Assembly: GCF_964204645.1 (NCBI RefSeq)
Contig: NC_134033.1
Span: 1,198,131-1,262,130 of the forward strand
Source: Tubulanus polymorphus
Taxonomy: Eukaryota; Animalia; Nemertea
Reading direction: 5' to 3'
Length of the DNA stretch: 64,000 nucleotides
Positions 1 through 45,612 of this stretch are shown piece by piece. The notes under the pieces were generated by a model, which did not search any database, had not been told where the DNA came from, and worked only from the letters and a program-made list of their open reading frames with translations. Within the stretch, counting starts at the first letter, position 1. Every line of letters starts with the position of its first letter. The position numbers were made by a program, and so were the translations under genes.

Positions 1-481
1 CCAACAAAAGAACTGGGAATGGCGTTAAAAAAGAATTCTGCATCATAATGAATGGTAATTCCATTGAATTTGAGTTAGACTAGGTAAATTTTTTCTCCCT
101 GAAAAATGTTGGCGTTAAGAGAACAGCGACATAAAAAGGTTTGCAGCGTTTATAAACAGACTTTAGAATGTAATTCATTTCTGATGTTTCCAGCCTAGAG
201 TCAAACATCACCACAGAGCGTTATCGGTTCTAACATAATAGAAATGAGACGCGTGTAGGATAAAACATGATTGTATTGATTTGTAAAGTGTATGCGGCAC
301 AGAATTTATGAGTGCAGTTTTATTAACTCGACTAATATTTGACAGCTGAGTAAATAATGATGGCAGATTCAACTGTGTAACTGTTAATCGATACACAATA
401 CTGACTTCTAGTCTCTTCATACTGTGTGTGTGTCGAAATCTGCTTCATTCATTACAACTAATCATTTACTGATCCAGCACC

Positions 482-1113
482 ACCCAGTTCCACAGTTCTG
501 GACCCAGTTCCACAGTTACTGAACCCAGTTCCACAGTTATTGGACTCAGTTCCACAGTTCTGGACCCAGATCCACAGTTACTGAACCCAGTTCCACAGTT
601 ACTGAACCCAGTTCCACAGTTCTGGACCCAGTTCCACAGTTACTGAACCCAGTTCCACAGTTATTGGACCCAGTTCCACAGTTCTGGACCCAGTTCCACA
701 GTTATTGGACTCAGTTCCACAGTTCTGGACCCAGTTCCACAGTTCTGGACCCAGTTCCACAGTTACTGGACCCAGTTCCATAATTACTGGACTCAGTTCC
801 ACAGTTATTGGACTCAGTTCCACAGTTCTGAACACGGTTCCACAGTCAGTTCTGAACCCAGTTCTACAGTAACTGGACCCAGTTCCAGTTCTCAACCCAG
901 TTCCACAGTTCTGGACTCAGTTCCACAGTACAGGACCCAGTTCTACAGTTCTGGACTCAGTTCCACAGTTCTGGACTCAGTTCCACAGTACAGGACCCAG
1001 TTCTACAGTTCTGGACTCAATTCTACAGTTACAGGACTCAGTTCCACAGTTCTGGATCCAGTTCCACAGTCCTGGTCCCAGTTCCACAGTTCTGATACCA
1101 GTTCTACAGTTCC
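482..1113 (+). repeat. ~20-bp minisatellite (GGACCCAGTTCCACAGTT[A]CT), ~30 units
   Basis: Direct tandem repetition; the unit matches the terminus of the CWG-TSD MITE family (see 53264). Explains spurious ORF 599..895. Confidence 0.95.
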
Positions 1114-2749
1114 ACGAGTTTTGTAAGGTTCAAATTTAAATGAATCATTTAACTACAAACACTCAACAGACATTCTCCAGGACGTTCGCAATCCACTACA
1201 AGTTGAGCAGTTGCCAATAAATGTAATCATTTAAGTTAATTAATAGTTAATTAACGAAATGTAATTAGCGTGTTTCGAGTTGCGCAAGTTGAAATACACA
1301 GTAATTATTACAGATGTGTAGTCAGAGCCTCGTAGCAGCTGTACAACCACCTGGAACCTTCCCACTACTTTCTTCTCAATGAGCTCAGTCTGATGGCTAA
1401 GTCTCTATGTGTAGTTTCGAAAAATGAAAACTTGAAACATAGTTTCTAACGGTTAGTTCACATTTTCGATATCTGCAAATTCAGAATTTGCTGTTAGGTT
1501 CCATTTTGAGGAGAAAGTTGCAGAGAACCCTAATAGGGTTTAGGCTTTAGGGATTTGATATTTGGAAAAATGGGCCCAGGTGAAGTAGAACTCAGAGACA
1601 TAGGCAAGGGTTCATTATTGTCAATGTCTGATGACTTTCAACGACTTTTTAGACTCTGATTCCAGGACTTATACGCAATCGTCAAACCAGGAATCCTGAT
1701 TACTAATAACTGAAAACTAATGACTGATGACATTCAAGGACCAGGACGATGATCCAAGGAGTTTAGAGGCCTTTGAATCGAACAGATGTCAAGAGCTTTG
1801 ATGTCTGCCAGTGATGCGCGCGCGAACACAGTCGCGTGTGTCTGTTATTCGATACCGATGACAATGACATGATTAAATAACGCGAGCACGTAGCAGCAGC
1901 AGCAGCACAGCTAACGAACCAACGAACGAAGGGCGGGTATAATGAAATCTAAAACTGGCTCATCTCTCGCAAATAACTACATTCACCAGCGGCGGCACGA
2001 GAGCTGAGCGAGCGCGAGGGAACGCTGGTAACAGGTGATATGAATGATAACTAAACATACATCTACATGAACTAATAGTGCAGTTTGTATAGGCAGACGG
2101 GGATTGATGGTAGAGAGAGAGAGGGAGGGTAGGTACGCGGACCTGACATCTGCCACATTCATATAAATATCTATATATATATATATATATTTATGCATTT
2201 ATCTGCGTGTATATCAATTCTGTATAAGCAGACTATTTCCGAGGTCTCTCTCCGTCGAGGTCTGTCCGTCTGCTGAGGAACGCGCGATATACACCACGAC
2301 CTGAGGAGCGCGATATACCGCGACCTGAGCAGATTCATATACCACGACCTGAGGATAGAAATTGGCGAAGATTTATATGTTAAACTTTCAGAAGCTTGCG
2401 TCGCTAGAATTGGCGGTACCCGTCGCTAGTACGCCGGCGGTGCGCGTGTGGTAGATGGTATATTAAACGTTATACCGATGTTACTAGCGGTGCTGGTGGT
2501 GGTGGTGGAGTACATGTAAAACAGACCCCTGTTAAACGCAGGTGAAATATCGAAACCTCGCGCGCGCGTTACTGGAGAGAGAGAGTGAGAACCGGCATAG
2601 TTTAAATTCTGTTCTTCTTCACACGCAGCATCAGCAGCAGCAGCGCTATGAGTTTCATAGTTCAGGTAAGTGTTTTGATATCATGTGTGCATAATCTCTG
2701 AACCAAGTTCTCTACAGTTGTAGGGTGAACTATAAGGGTACAATCCACA

Positions 2750-2960
2750 CAACTGCAGAACTGGTTCCATAGGCAACATTAAACCCTCGCACAACTGTGG
2801 AACTGGATTCAGAGTTGAAACTGAGTTCAGTCAAATCAAAACCTCACAACTGTGGAACTAGTTCCAGAGTCAAATTAAACCCACCCAACTGTGGAACTGG
2901 ATTCAGATTCAAATTGAACCCACACAGTTGTGGAACTGGATTCAGAGTCAAATTAAATGC
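2750..2960 (-). repeat. ~39-bp variant of the CCAGTTCCACAGTT minisatellite (reverse orientation), within a putative 5'UTR intron
   Basis: Repeated CACAACTGTGGAACTGGATTCAGAGTCAAATTAAAC; reverse complement of arrays at 23985 and 43298. Confidence 0.85.
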
Positions 2961-3103
2961 ACTTTTTAAAATCAAAGCGAAAAATAAGGTCCAAAAAATG
3001 ATTTCAGTTTTAAATTAAGTTTCTTGCAGTTTCATTTCATATAAAATTCATTTTTTTCAGAGATAACGAATTAAAAACAGACAAAAAACTGGAATAATAA
3101 AAA

Positions 3104-3811
3104 ATGACGCATACGTGGACGAAACGCATCATAGCGCAGCAGATCAGCTGCGCGTTCGCAGCTGCTGTTTTATTGTTCGCATCGGAGACGAGATCGCTGA
3201 ACGTCTACAGCGGTAAACGCGACGAATCGATGATCGTCGTCGAGTGGAACGAAACTGCGTCGACGACGACGGTGGCGCCGTCTACATCAGACGGAGGACG
3301 ATACCGCGTCAGTTATAAACGCGTCGACGAACCACCGGAGATGTTAGTCTACACGGCGTGGCTCAACGCCAATACCACCGCTTACAAAATACGCCACCTA
3401 CCGGCGAATACCAAATTTAAAATCTGCGTATCGGATCGCGCCGAGCAGACGGAGCCCGCGATGGAATGCGTCGTCCTAGCGACCGTGCCGATTATGCTAA
3501 CGACGAGCATCATCGCGATCTGCGGAGTCATCTGTTACTTCGCGTTGTGCATCATTCTCGGCTATTGTTGCTGGAAACGGAAGAAGGCGTCGTTGTCGCG
3601 CGCGGCGACCGACGACGACGACGACCTCGACAGCTACGACGACCGCGAGGCGTTACAGCCGCGACGCAATAAACTGAGCATCGAGGATCCGGATGTCGCC
3701 GTTTACGTTAAAGATGGCCGCCCGCATTTGATGAAATACGCGCCGAAAAATTCGACGGAGAAATTCGTCTACGCCGACGACGACAACGCGTACTGCGGTA
3801 CGCGGGTATAA
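3104..3811 (+). CDS. Type I membrane protein with a single fibronectin type III domain (FNDC/LRRN4CL-like architecture), 235 aa
   Basis: ATG..TAA ORF in GC/CpG-rich coding-like sequence. N-terminal hydrophobic signal; FN3 signature (IVVEW..YRVSY..YKIRHLPANTKFKICVS); TM helix IIAICGVICYFALCIILGY followed by CCWKRKK; acidic Tyr-containing tail ending TRV. Acceptor TTTTTTTCAG at 3051-3060 upstream and donor CAG/GTAAGT at 2665/2666. Confidence 0.8.
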   Translation: MTHTWTKRIIAQQISCAFAAAVLLFASETRSLNVYSGKRDESMIVVEWNETASTTTVAPSTSDGGRYRVSYKRVDEPPEMLVYTAWLNANTTAYKIRHLPANTKFKICVSDRAEQTEPAMECVVLATVPIMLTTSIIAICGVICYFALCIILGYCCWKRKKASLSRAATDDDDDLDSYDDREALQPRRNKLSIEDPDVAVYVKDGRPHLMKYAPKNSTEKFVYADDDNAYCGTRV

Positions 3812-5044
3812 ACCGGACGCGAATCCAGGATTGAGTCCGCCTGCGTGTGTTTCTATCCGGTTATTTACCGCAGTGTTAAGGAACGTTAGAAACGGTTCTC
3901 GGAAAGATTTGTAAGAAACGTTTTCCAACCGAGGATAAGAATTAAGAACCCGAATTTGTCAATAACGATTTTAACCTTTTAACCGGTCGAAGAACCAAAT
4001 TTCCTGCGCGTCTTAGATGAAAAGAACCAAATTTACCGGCGCAGAGAGAAAGGAATGCTAGACAGTTAATCGAAAGGATCGCGAGAAATATTTTTCAACC
4101 GCGAAGAACCCAATTTTCTGCTCAAAAGTTCGATCGAAAAGAACCAAATTTGCCGAGCAGAATGAAAAGACTGTCGAAAGGATTAGTAGAAATGTTTTTG
4201 CGAAGAAAAGAACCCGATTTGTGAAAATGACTTTTGATGGCTAAGAACCCGATTATTTTCTGTGCGATGAAAAGAACCAAACTTACTGATCGTAATGAAA
4301 AGACCGCTAAACAGCGATCGAAATGGATTCACGAGAAAGGTACTTTCAACGGAAAAGAACCCAATTTTCTGTGCGATTGATCGAAGATTAGCGGAAAAAG
4401 AACCATCAAATTAATAAAAAATGCAAACCGAGGGTTCTCTAAGGTGTTTTAACCCGATGAATTTTCTATGCAATGAGATCCAGGAATAATGTTTTTCCCG
4501 TGCGAACACTATATATATTATATACATAATCAAAGTTTATTTTTAAAAACTTAAAAAAAGAAGAAAAAGGGCAAGAACCCAATTTGGGAAATGCTTTGTG
4601 TTTTATGCCCCGAGGTTTTTGAGCAAGTCAAATACGTTTTTAATCAGAAATTAACCAAAGGAACCCGATTTATGACTATGCAACAACTGGTGACTCGATC
4701 TGGTCATCCTTCATTACAGATAAAAAACTAATTAAATCAATACATGTCCATGCGGTGTATTAGCAAAGTCCATCATCAATTAATACACAGCACCGTGGTG
4801 TAGGAGGCACTGAAAGGGTTATCTAAAATCTCAAGCTGAGTGGAACCAGGCCCTGGGTGGGTTATTCCACAATCCCGATATTTGATTTGATGATGATGAT
4901 GTTATTCCTTTCCTATTTCACCTATTTTCCATTTATTCCAAATAAGGATGATGAAATTATTCAAATTAGCTCGCACACTAACGAATAAATTATCATAAAT
5001 TATTTTTTCTACCCGTATGATTTATTTAATATTGCACGACCTCA

Positions 5045-5330
5045 TTCCTCAGTCTACCTCCCTCCACCTCTCTCTACTCCTTTATCTCTCACTCCTCCTC
5101 TTACCTCTCTGTCACTCTTTCCATTCTCTCTCTACCTCTATCACTCTATTTTCTTCCCCTCTCCCTCTCTCTCACTATCTCTGTTAGTCACCTGACATTT
5201 TACCTCTCTCTCACTCCCTCCCTCTTTTCTCTCTCTCACTTCCCCTTCTCCCTCTCTCTCTATCTCTCTCACTTCCCCTTCTCCCTCTCTATCTCTCCCA
5301 TTCCCTCTCTCTCTCTATCTCTCCCACTCC
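5045..5330. repeat. CT-rich low-complexity tract
   Basis: Polypyrimidine (CT)n-like sequence. Confidence 0.9.
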
Positions 5331-6269
5331 CGTGTTTCACACCCCTATCTGCTGATACATATTACGTTTCACACTGTACATTCCCGAGCAAAACCAACAC
5401 ACACACTCACACACTCAACTATCATCATCTATATAACAACGAGTAATAAAAATATAAAAACCCTGCAACAGCTTCACGTGGAGCTCATGTTTCCTTCTTC
5501 AAGCTAAACAAACATTAATCAATGTCTCTATCTCTCTACATCGCGCTGTTGCATTATTTCCTTCAAAACCCGATTTTTCTACGCAAACTAAACTAAATCT
5601 TTTTCTAAACTTATTTATTTATTTATCTATTTATTTATGTATCACTTGTTATTTATTCGTTATTCGGGCGCCGCCGATGGTTTTCAGGCGTGCGCCGTTC
5701 AAAAACCGTTTCAAAAATATGAACCGCGAAGCAGCAGCAACAACAGGTGCAGCACTAGCAGGAGCAGGTGCAGCACTAGTAGCAGCGGCAGCATGCGGTG
5801 TTGAATTTATTCAAAAATGTTTGGAAAGTTTATTGATACCGATCTTGAATCTTGGAAAAGTGAAGTTTAAAAAGTTGGTTTTTTTCTCGAAACTAATAAA
5901 AAAAAGAAGAAATCGAACGAGATAGGTTTTTTTCCCCGCGAAATGTTTGTTACGATAATTCGAAATTTGTGTATCTTTTTTTCGTGTGGTGATCTGGTTT
6001 ATATCGAATAAAAATCGTTTGATTAAAACTCCCCAAAATCGTTGACGCAATTCATTATTGGAACTGAAAAATCGGAAGGCAGGATCTATACAAGGAATGG
6101 CTCGGAAAAGAGCTTCATATCGAAGGCCACAAGTGCAGTTCTTCCCTCCTGGCCGAGGGGTCTGATATAACTTTTCGGTAATCCTTCAATGCGGTGTAAT
6201 ATGGATATAAAAGCGATGGTTTATTCAGACCGCACCATGTATAGTTTCACTAGTCTTGTTAATGCTTGA

Positions 6270-6460
6270 CCCTTTCAGTGCGTCTACACCGCAGTGCAGT
6301 GTATAAAATCTGTGATATAGACTTAGTACATCGCATCGCGGTGTATTGATGTAATTAGTTTTTATCACTATAGAAAGATGGCAGCACCTGTCAAACATCT
6401 TTTAGAGTTGTCAAATTATCTCCAGCACTTTCAGGCAATAATGAGTCAGCACTGAAATGG
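6270..6460 (-). mobile_element. piggyBac-like MITE, degenerate internally deleted copy
   Basis: TTGA|CCCTTTCAGTGC ... GCACTGAAATGG|TTAA; internal sequence is the reverse complement of the 11600 copy. Confidence 0.75.
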
Positions 6461-6517
6461 TTAAACTGTGCAGTCTGAATAGAAGACCTATTGAAAGTAT
6501 GTGTTCAAAAGGTAACG

Positions 6518-6750
6518 CCTCCGGCCCGTGGTCTAGTGCGGCAGGGTTTCGTCGTACCGTGGCGAGCTTTGATTACATCAGGTTTAAATCTCTGCCGGGG
6601 AGGATGGTGGGTGCCCACTGGCCAGGTAAAAACGGGTGGGAGATGCCGAAGGCGAAGCCAGGCAGAGAGAGGGGACAGCCCCACCACCACTGCGCACTGG
6701 CACCAGCGGTCCGACTCCAGCGAGCGAGACCGCAGCGCAAAGGCACTTCA
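6518..6750 (+). mobile_element. Putative tRNA-derived SINE or structured Pol III RNA
   Basis: A-box-like TGGTCTAGTGCGG (6529-6541), B-box-like GGTTTAAATC (6581-6590), closing stem CTCCGGC/GCCGGGG, then a GC-rich body with several complementary segments, set in AT-rich DNA. No poly-T terminator after the tRNA-like part. Confidence 0.45.
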
Positions 6751-9221
6751 CGATATTCAACAAATATGCATTCCGAACAAAATAAGAATAATCACAATAT
6801 TTAAAATTTAGGACAATTTAAGACAAGCACACTTACAACGAACCGAAATTAAGCGCTAAAAACCATCAAAATAGCGTTGAATCGAAGCGCATGGTCGACG
6901 ACCTTGAGATTGAAGATTTGAATTGAATCCGAATTAAATTTATTGAATTTGATTGGTTCAGGCTATTTCTTGGCTCGCGGACTCAATTCAATTAAACTAT
7001 TTCTTGATTGAATATTCAAAACTTGGGAAGAAACAGAAACAGGACAATTTGATAGGATTTAGTTTTAGAATATATGAAACACTGTGATCTTAAGAAAATT
7101 AAAGTCGGGATCGGCAGATGAATAAAAAAATAAAATCCGGTTTTCGGACTGTATTGGCTGTTCGTACGGACCCGTACGGATAATTCAAAAGCTTTTGGGT
7201 ACATTGACGCACACGGACAAACATAAAACGCATATGAAACCATAGAACTATAACGAAATATAGTACTATGGTACGAATTGCCCTTTGAAAAACAAACAAA
7301 CCAACAAAAATTCACTTTTATTTTCAAAAATATCACCCCACGCATGCTCCATAGAAAAGAAACAATTTGAGCATTTCAAATAATGCCTCCAACAAGTGAT
7401 TAAAGTCAATATTATTCATTTGAAGAAAACTCACGGTAGAAACAACGAAATAAGCAAAGCAGGACCAAGCCCGTGGCCTTCATTTGAACGGGCATTAAAT
7501 TCTCATCGACGAGCTTTCGAAAGATACAAACATTTGTCACGCAGGGCGTTATATGATGAAGTACAGCAATCTATAGAGAATGTCAGATTACATGCTCGCG
7601 GAATTATAATGTAAGTTCCTCCTCAAACACGATGATAAACTTCAAAATTAGTCCAACCATGGACGTATAAACTATAAACTAGAACAATTTACTAAGGTTC
7701 ATATATCCTTTTATCAAGAAACTGCTCCTCTCTTCGACTGGACCTTAATTAAATTGGTATTTATTTTACGAACCACTGAAAACCAACCACAGCGTTTATA
7801 AAACTTAACTGAACAATTGTTGAGTTATAACATGAATGATGAACACGTATGTCAGTTTATTATCATGACAACAATTATACAATGAAAGTTATCACACTGA
7901 AGGAATTTATCATGTAAGAACACACTGTATTTGGAAAACAGTTCAACATAAAAGCATCAAACTAAACATAAAACCTATGAATTCACTAAAAAAAACCCAA
8001 GATTACCATAACAAATCAATCTTTAATTTCATTTTCACTGACATTATTTCTACTAGAAAACTTAGGTGAATATCAATATATTCAACTTATTGGTCAAATC
8101 CGTCCAGTCATGTTATAAAACTTCTTTAAAACGGGCCATTGAAAATATCAAAGCCATGAGAATAGTACATCTACAGTTCTGTAATTACTCGCAGAAACCG
8201 CTTAACGTTATGATCCTACATGAACTCAGGCAATTAATATCTGCTCTCGAATTTTTGGTACAACTTTGAAGGCATCCCGGACTGGTCACTCATCCTTAAA
8301 AATCTAAATATACATTTCAATGATTTCCAATCGCTGAAATTGGTTTCCAAACCAAAGCGTAGCCAGTATGCACAGAACTGTAGGCGCAGCCCCACACTTT
8401 TCGGCCAAGTCATGATTTCTGAAACATCATTGAAATCCAAAAAACGACAATATTACGCATATCAATTAACTTTTATTGCGTCTAAGTTTATTAAAGTCTA
8501 AAAATTTATGTCGACATATTTTCGCACATATACAACATTTTAAAATCCTAATTTTAAACTAATGATTAAAGCAATAAATTGAATCCCCACTGCTCCTATG
8601 CCGCGATGCCCATGAAAATAAACTGGTCGTTTCCAGACCCTCTTGGTTGCAACGAAGTTTGTTTATCATTAACCGTTCGAAGATGGACGGTTGTGCAACG
8701 GGTATTTGTAATTAAGAAAAAACATCGACCAACTTATAAGATGAACGTAAATTTCGAGTCCAATGACGGACGCAGTTGGTAGGCTACTGAAGGTAGGCCG
8801 GCCTACTTTCTTAATGAATAAAAAGTCGACGACCACTGATATGGAATGTTTTACCGTCCAGTATTCGGGAATCCTCATCCGTCTGTCGATGCTTTTCAAC
8901 GAAACCTCAATACATATCTTTTAAGTGAAGCTTTTACCATTGGATAATGTCTCTTACAGTTTGTTTTCACGTTCTTGTATTGCAATGGCATTTCAATAAT
9001 TCTATGGTTTCAGGTATTACTATCGTAAAGCACTATGAATACCTTATAGTATAGCGGTATATAAACAAATAAATTATTACAATTATTATTATCATTGCTA
9101 TTGAAACTATATCCACTTATTTCTAACAAAATATCTGATAATCATCTAATTCATTATTGACTGATTCGTTTTTGTTAACGTGAAGCCGTCGTTTTGCTCG
9201 TGCTTTGGGGAGGACATACAG

Positions 9222-9327
9222 GGTCCAGTTCCAGTTCTGAGTTAAAATTTAACTCCGAGTTAACTCATTGAAAATGAACTAACTTTAACTCAGAGTTAAC
9301 ACTAACTCACAATTGTGGAACTGGGCC
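9222..9327. mobile_element. Harbinger-like MITE family A (TIR GGCCCAGTTCCACAGTTGTGAGTTA), TSD CAG
   Basis: CAG|GGTCCAGTTCC...GTGGAACTGGGCC|CAG; homologous to 53264-53372 and ~16437-16547. Confidence 0.8.
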
Positions 9328-9330
9328 CAG

Positions 9331-9473
9331 GGGATCATTCATTAATTTATTACGTACGCATAAAATTTGAATTTTTGCCATTTTTTCGTATACATTAAGC
9401 ATTACAGTACACACTTGCACTGACCCCTTCCCCTCCCCCTCCCCTAATGCGTAAGTAATAAATGAATGATCCC
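9331..9473. mobile_element. MITE with TIR GGGATCATTCATT..TTACGCA
   Basis: GGGATCATTCATTAATTTATTACGTACGCA ... TGCGTAAGTAATAAATGAATGATCCC inverted termini, abutting the previous MITE. Confidence 0.7.
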
Positions 9474-10024
9474 AAGACAATATTTTTAAGTTGTAGAATT
9501 TTAAGTAACGTCCCATTGCACCAGGATTATCTCCGATCTATTTGATAAGCCTACTGTTAACGCTATTCAGTAATTCAGACGGGATCTGCATATGTCGAAA
9601 CGATTATGGAATTTTGGCGGTTTTTGATATATCTAATTTTCTAGAATGTGTTTAAATTTGGCGCCAGAACGGAACACACACGAATTATTTGTATAATCTT
9701 CATTAATTGTACTGTATGAGATATTATGAGTCAATATCTTCAATGACTGCGAAAACGATACGATCTTTTCGTTACTAAATAATGATCCGAAAGCTCCATA
9801 CGGTTCCCGCGTACGAAAAGCTTCGGAGTTATCCGTTATCCGGAGTTCGGAGTTATCCGTACGGGTCCGTACGAATAACCACTTCGCCACTTAAAAAGCC
9901 CTCCATTTTTTGTGGTTGTCCCCTGTCAAAATAAATAAATAAATTAGGGCGCTAGTTTCGCAGATATGTTTTTCTAGTTGAATTCGGATTGACAGTTGAT
10001 CATAGGATCATACAAGACATTTTT

Positions 10025-18032
<8,008 letters not shown>

Positions 18033-18137
18033 ACCCCGAACAGCCCCGAACAGCCCCGCGATCCCGGTCCAACACGAGGGACCAGTCAAACATCGTAAGC
18101 TTTAAGTGTTTCAATTATTTGAAATTGAATATCCCTA

Positions 18138-18275
18138 GGCCCGGTTCCATAGTCATGGCTTAGGCTTAAGACCAATTTAAGACTGTCTTAGTTCTATGAC
18201 CAATCTAACAACTTAAGACCAGTCTTAAAATTTAAGACCATTTTTGGACTTAAGTCTCAACTAAGGAACCGGCCC
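18138..18275. mobile_element. Harbinger-like MITE family B (CTTAAGAC-rich)
   Basis: GGCCCGGTTCCATAGTCATGGCTTA...AAGGAACCGGCCC|CAG, in the RCBTB1 3' region. Confidence 0.7.
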
Positions 18276-18880
18276 CAGATTTTTAAGAACTCGCAGTCGA
18301 TTCTACACTCGTCTCACAGGACTGATTAGAGTTTTCTCAGCAAGGTGGCAAGTGTAGTATTCCAGGGGGGGGGGGGTCATCAGAGCGAGTGAATTTGAGT
18401 TGGGGAATTTTGAATATTTCTGTCACACATGTGCGGTCGTTTTGTCATCATATGACTCAAATATTATAAATGTCTCTTTGATTAAGTGCCAAAAAAAATG
18501 TATTGAAAGCAAAATTTAAGGCTCACATTTTCTCTGAGCGCCGAGATATTCGCAGTTGAAATCTAGCGAACAGTTAAACATTTTAAAAGGAATATTTGTT
18601 GATAAATACAGTAAACCTTGCTGAACTAGTTAAGGATTGGAAAACACATTAAACAGGCTCCTTATGAATCCTTAATTCCTTAAAAACGAAGTAGAATGTC
18701 AGAAACTCCTTATATCGAGGAATTACCGATCTGTAGGGACCGTGTTTAATCGGAAAGTGATTTTATTTTTGTCTGAGTAAGGTCCGACCATGACTGTGTT
18801 AGACAACGAGGTTTACTGTAGACTAATTAACTTATTAATATTAAATATAACTATCATAAATATTATAATTATGATTTATG

Positions 18881-18911
<31 letters not shown>

Positions 18912-20516
18912 CATTTTATAAAGGAGCATTTAACCTCTATAGTAAACTGAATATAGACTCTAGGTTCTACAGATGTAGCTTAAAGATCCCAGTTCCACTT
19001 TTTTGAGTTTAAGTCCAGTAAAAGTTGTTAATAACGCCATTGTTGGTACCAATAAAAAGGTATGGTATTTATACATTTCAGATTCCATTATTTATAAATA
19101 ATGGACTCTAAAACATTTAGAGTCCATGGTTTGTATATAATGATATATATGTATGTTGAATTCGAGTCAGATCTGGAGCAAATTTGTTCTCAGAAAAATG
19201 TTTGGGTTAAAGCGAACAGTGGCGTTAATAGGACGGCAGCGTTTAACGGACTTGGACTGTACATCAATTAAAAACTGAAGTATTTTTTGCATAATGAGTT
19301 TTGAAGGTTGAGCTAACATTAACACTGTTGAACTGGCCCCGAGCTAAAATTATTGGCTATGTTTATACTTGAATTTATAACTTAATTCACAAAGGACTTA
19401 AGGGAAATTTAATGGTGGGTCCAGGGAATCTCATTATTAGACTTATTTAATTTTTTCTTAAGATATTTTTTTTTTCAATGATGATGGCATTCCTAGGAGA
19501 AATGTTGTTTACACTTTTGTTAAATATGATTCGTATATAAGTAAAATTGTATTTATTTATTCAGACTTCGTTTGTATAGAATAAAAAATCATCTTCCGTT
19601 TAGAAATCGTTTTATTGTCTTTAATTTTGATTTCGAGGGTTCGGTATTATATATCAAAAAGGTTTTCGCATCATTTTACTAATATAGGAGAAAACGGCTG
19701 AATCGGCACCCGCCTGAAGCGAAAATTATTTTTCATAACCCTCAGGTGCTGCCAGCTAGTAACAGTTAAGCGAACTATAGCTGTTGTAGGCATTCCATCG
19801 TATTAAAATCCTCCCCGAAATCGAGAGAAATTTCCTACCACTCGCAAAGGAGAGCTTAAAATGACCTAAGATACTCGTTAAAAATCTAAATAATTAGTTA
19901 ACAACTTGAATTATTTTTCTAAATAAGTTTCTGCCCACAAAACTACGAAATAAGGATAGAAAAGTTAATTTAAGTGAACCTTGTTATGAGCTGAGGGAAG
20001 AGTACGGAACAGCTAATTGATTACGAGTGTTTTGCACGGGATTTGAGAACGATTCATCGTTTATAATAGTGTTTTTAGGCTATAAATATCGCGGGCAGGA
20101 TTTCAATTCGACTTCGGTTGGGATTAGGAAATATCCGAAATTATCGATACCAGGAATAACCGGAGTGTCATGGCTTTTAAGAGGCGAGTTCGCTGAAAAA
20201 CTGTTTAAAAGAACCGTCCGAACGAGTTCAACTCCGTGATCTGTCAAAAAACGTTTTCACCACCACCAGTTGACAGTTATCGGATCGTTTAAATTCGAAT
20301 TTTAAATCGGAATATTTCGCTTTTAAAAATTTGGATATTTTAACCAGGACGATAGTAGCACAGGCCTAGTGCCCAAATTAGGGCAGGTATAGTTTTTATT
20401 AGCGCCCGTAATTTCATCGCTTCATATCTTCGGATTTTGGGAATAGATCCGAGAATTTTAAAAGTCAATGCCCGGATTTTTACAAGCGTTGTTTCCGCGG
20501 CGACCTGACTATTCTC

Positions 20517-45249
<24,733 letters not shown>

Positions 45250-45612
45250 CGGCGACGGCGACGACCGTGAAAATAGACAAACAATCGATTTATACGAAAA
45301 TATGAAAATACTCTCGCAAAACTCTTCGCGAACGAGGAGCGATATATTTTTGATATATCGAAACGGCAGACGGATTTTCGTATATAAGTAGCAGCGCCCT
45401 CTATAATAGAGAGAGAGAGAATACGAAGCAGACGACTTCGATGAATGAAAATCGTGTTTTGTAAAATTGAATATATATGTTTTTTTGATGTAAGAAAAAT
45501 ACCGTTGTTTTTCCGACGGACGGAACTCGCACCAAGTGCCTCAAAACGTTTCTTATCCACGCTTTTTCTGCCCGGTTTTTTCGTAAAATTGAATCAATAA
45601 TCGGTTAGCAAA

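Noticed and set aside
5677-5925. Ala-rich 82-aa ORF
   Set aside because: Driven by GCA/CAG microrepeats; no domain or splice support, though it could belong to the UTR of an unseen gene.
6519-6601. Functional tRNA gene
   Set aside because: The anticodon loop and T-arm are non-canonical (GGTTTAAATC, ~5-nt loop) and there is no poly-T terminator; kept only as a SINE-like head.
6600-6665. HDV-like ribozyme or SRP RNA in the GC-rich body
   Set aside because: CTGGC/GCCAG and GCGAA are suggestive, but no P1, P3/L3 or P1.1 could be assigned; the SRP helix-8 resemblance is too weak.
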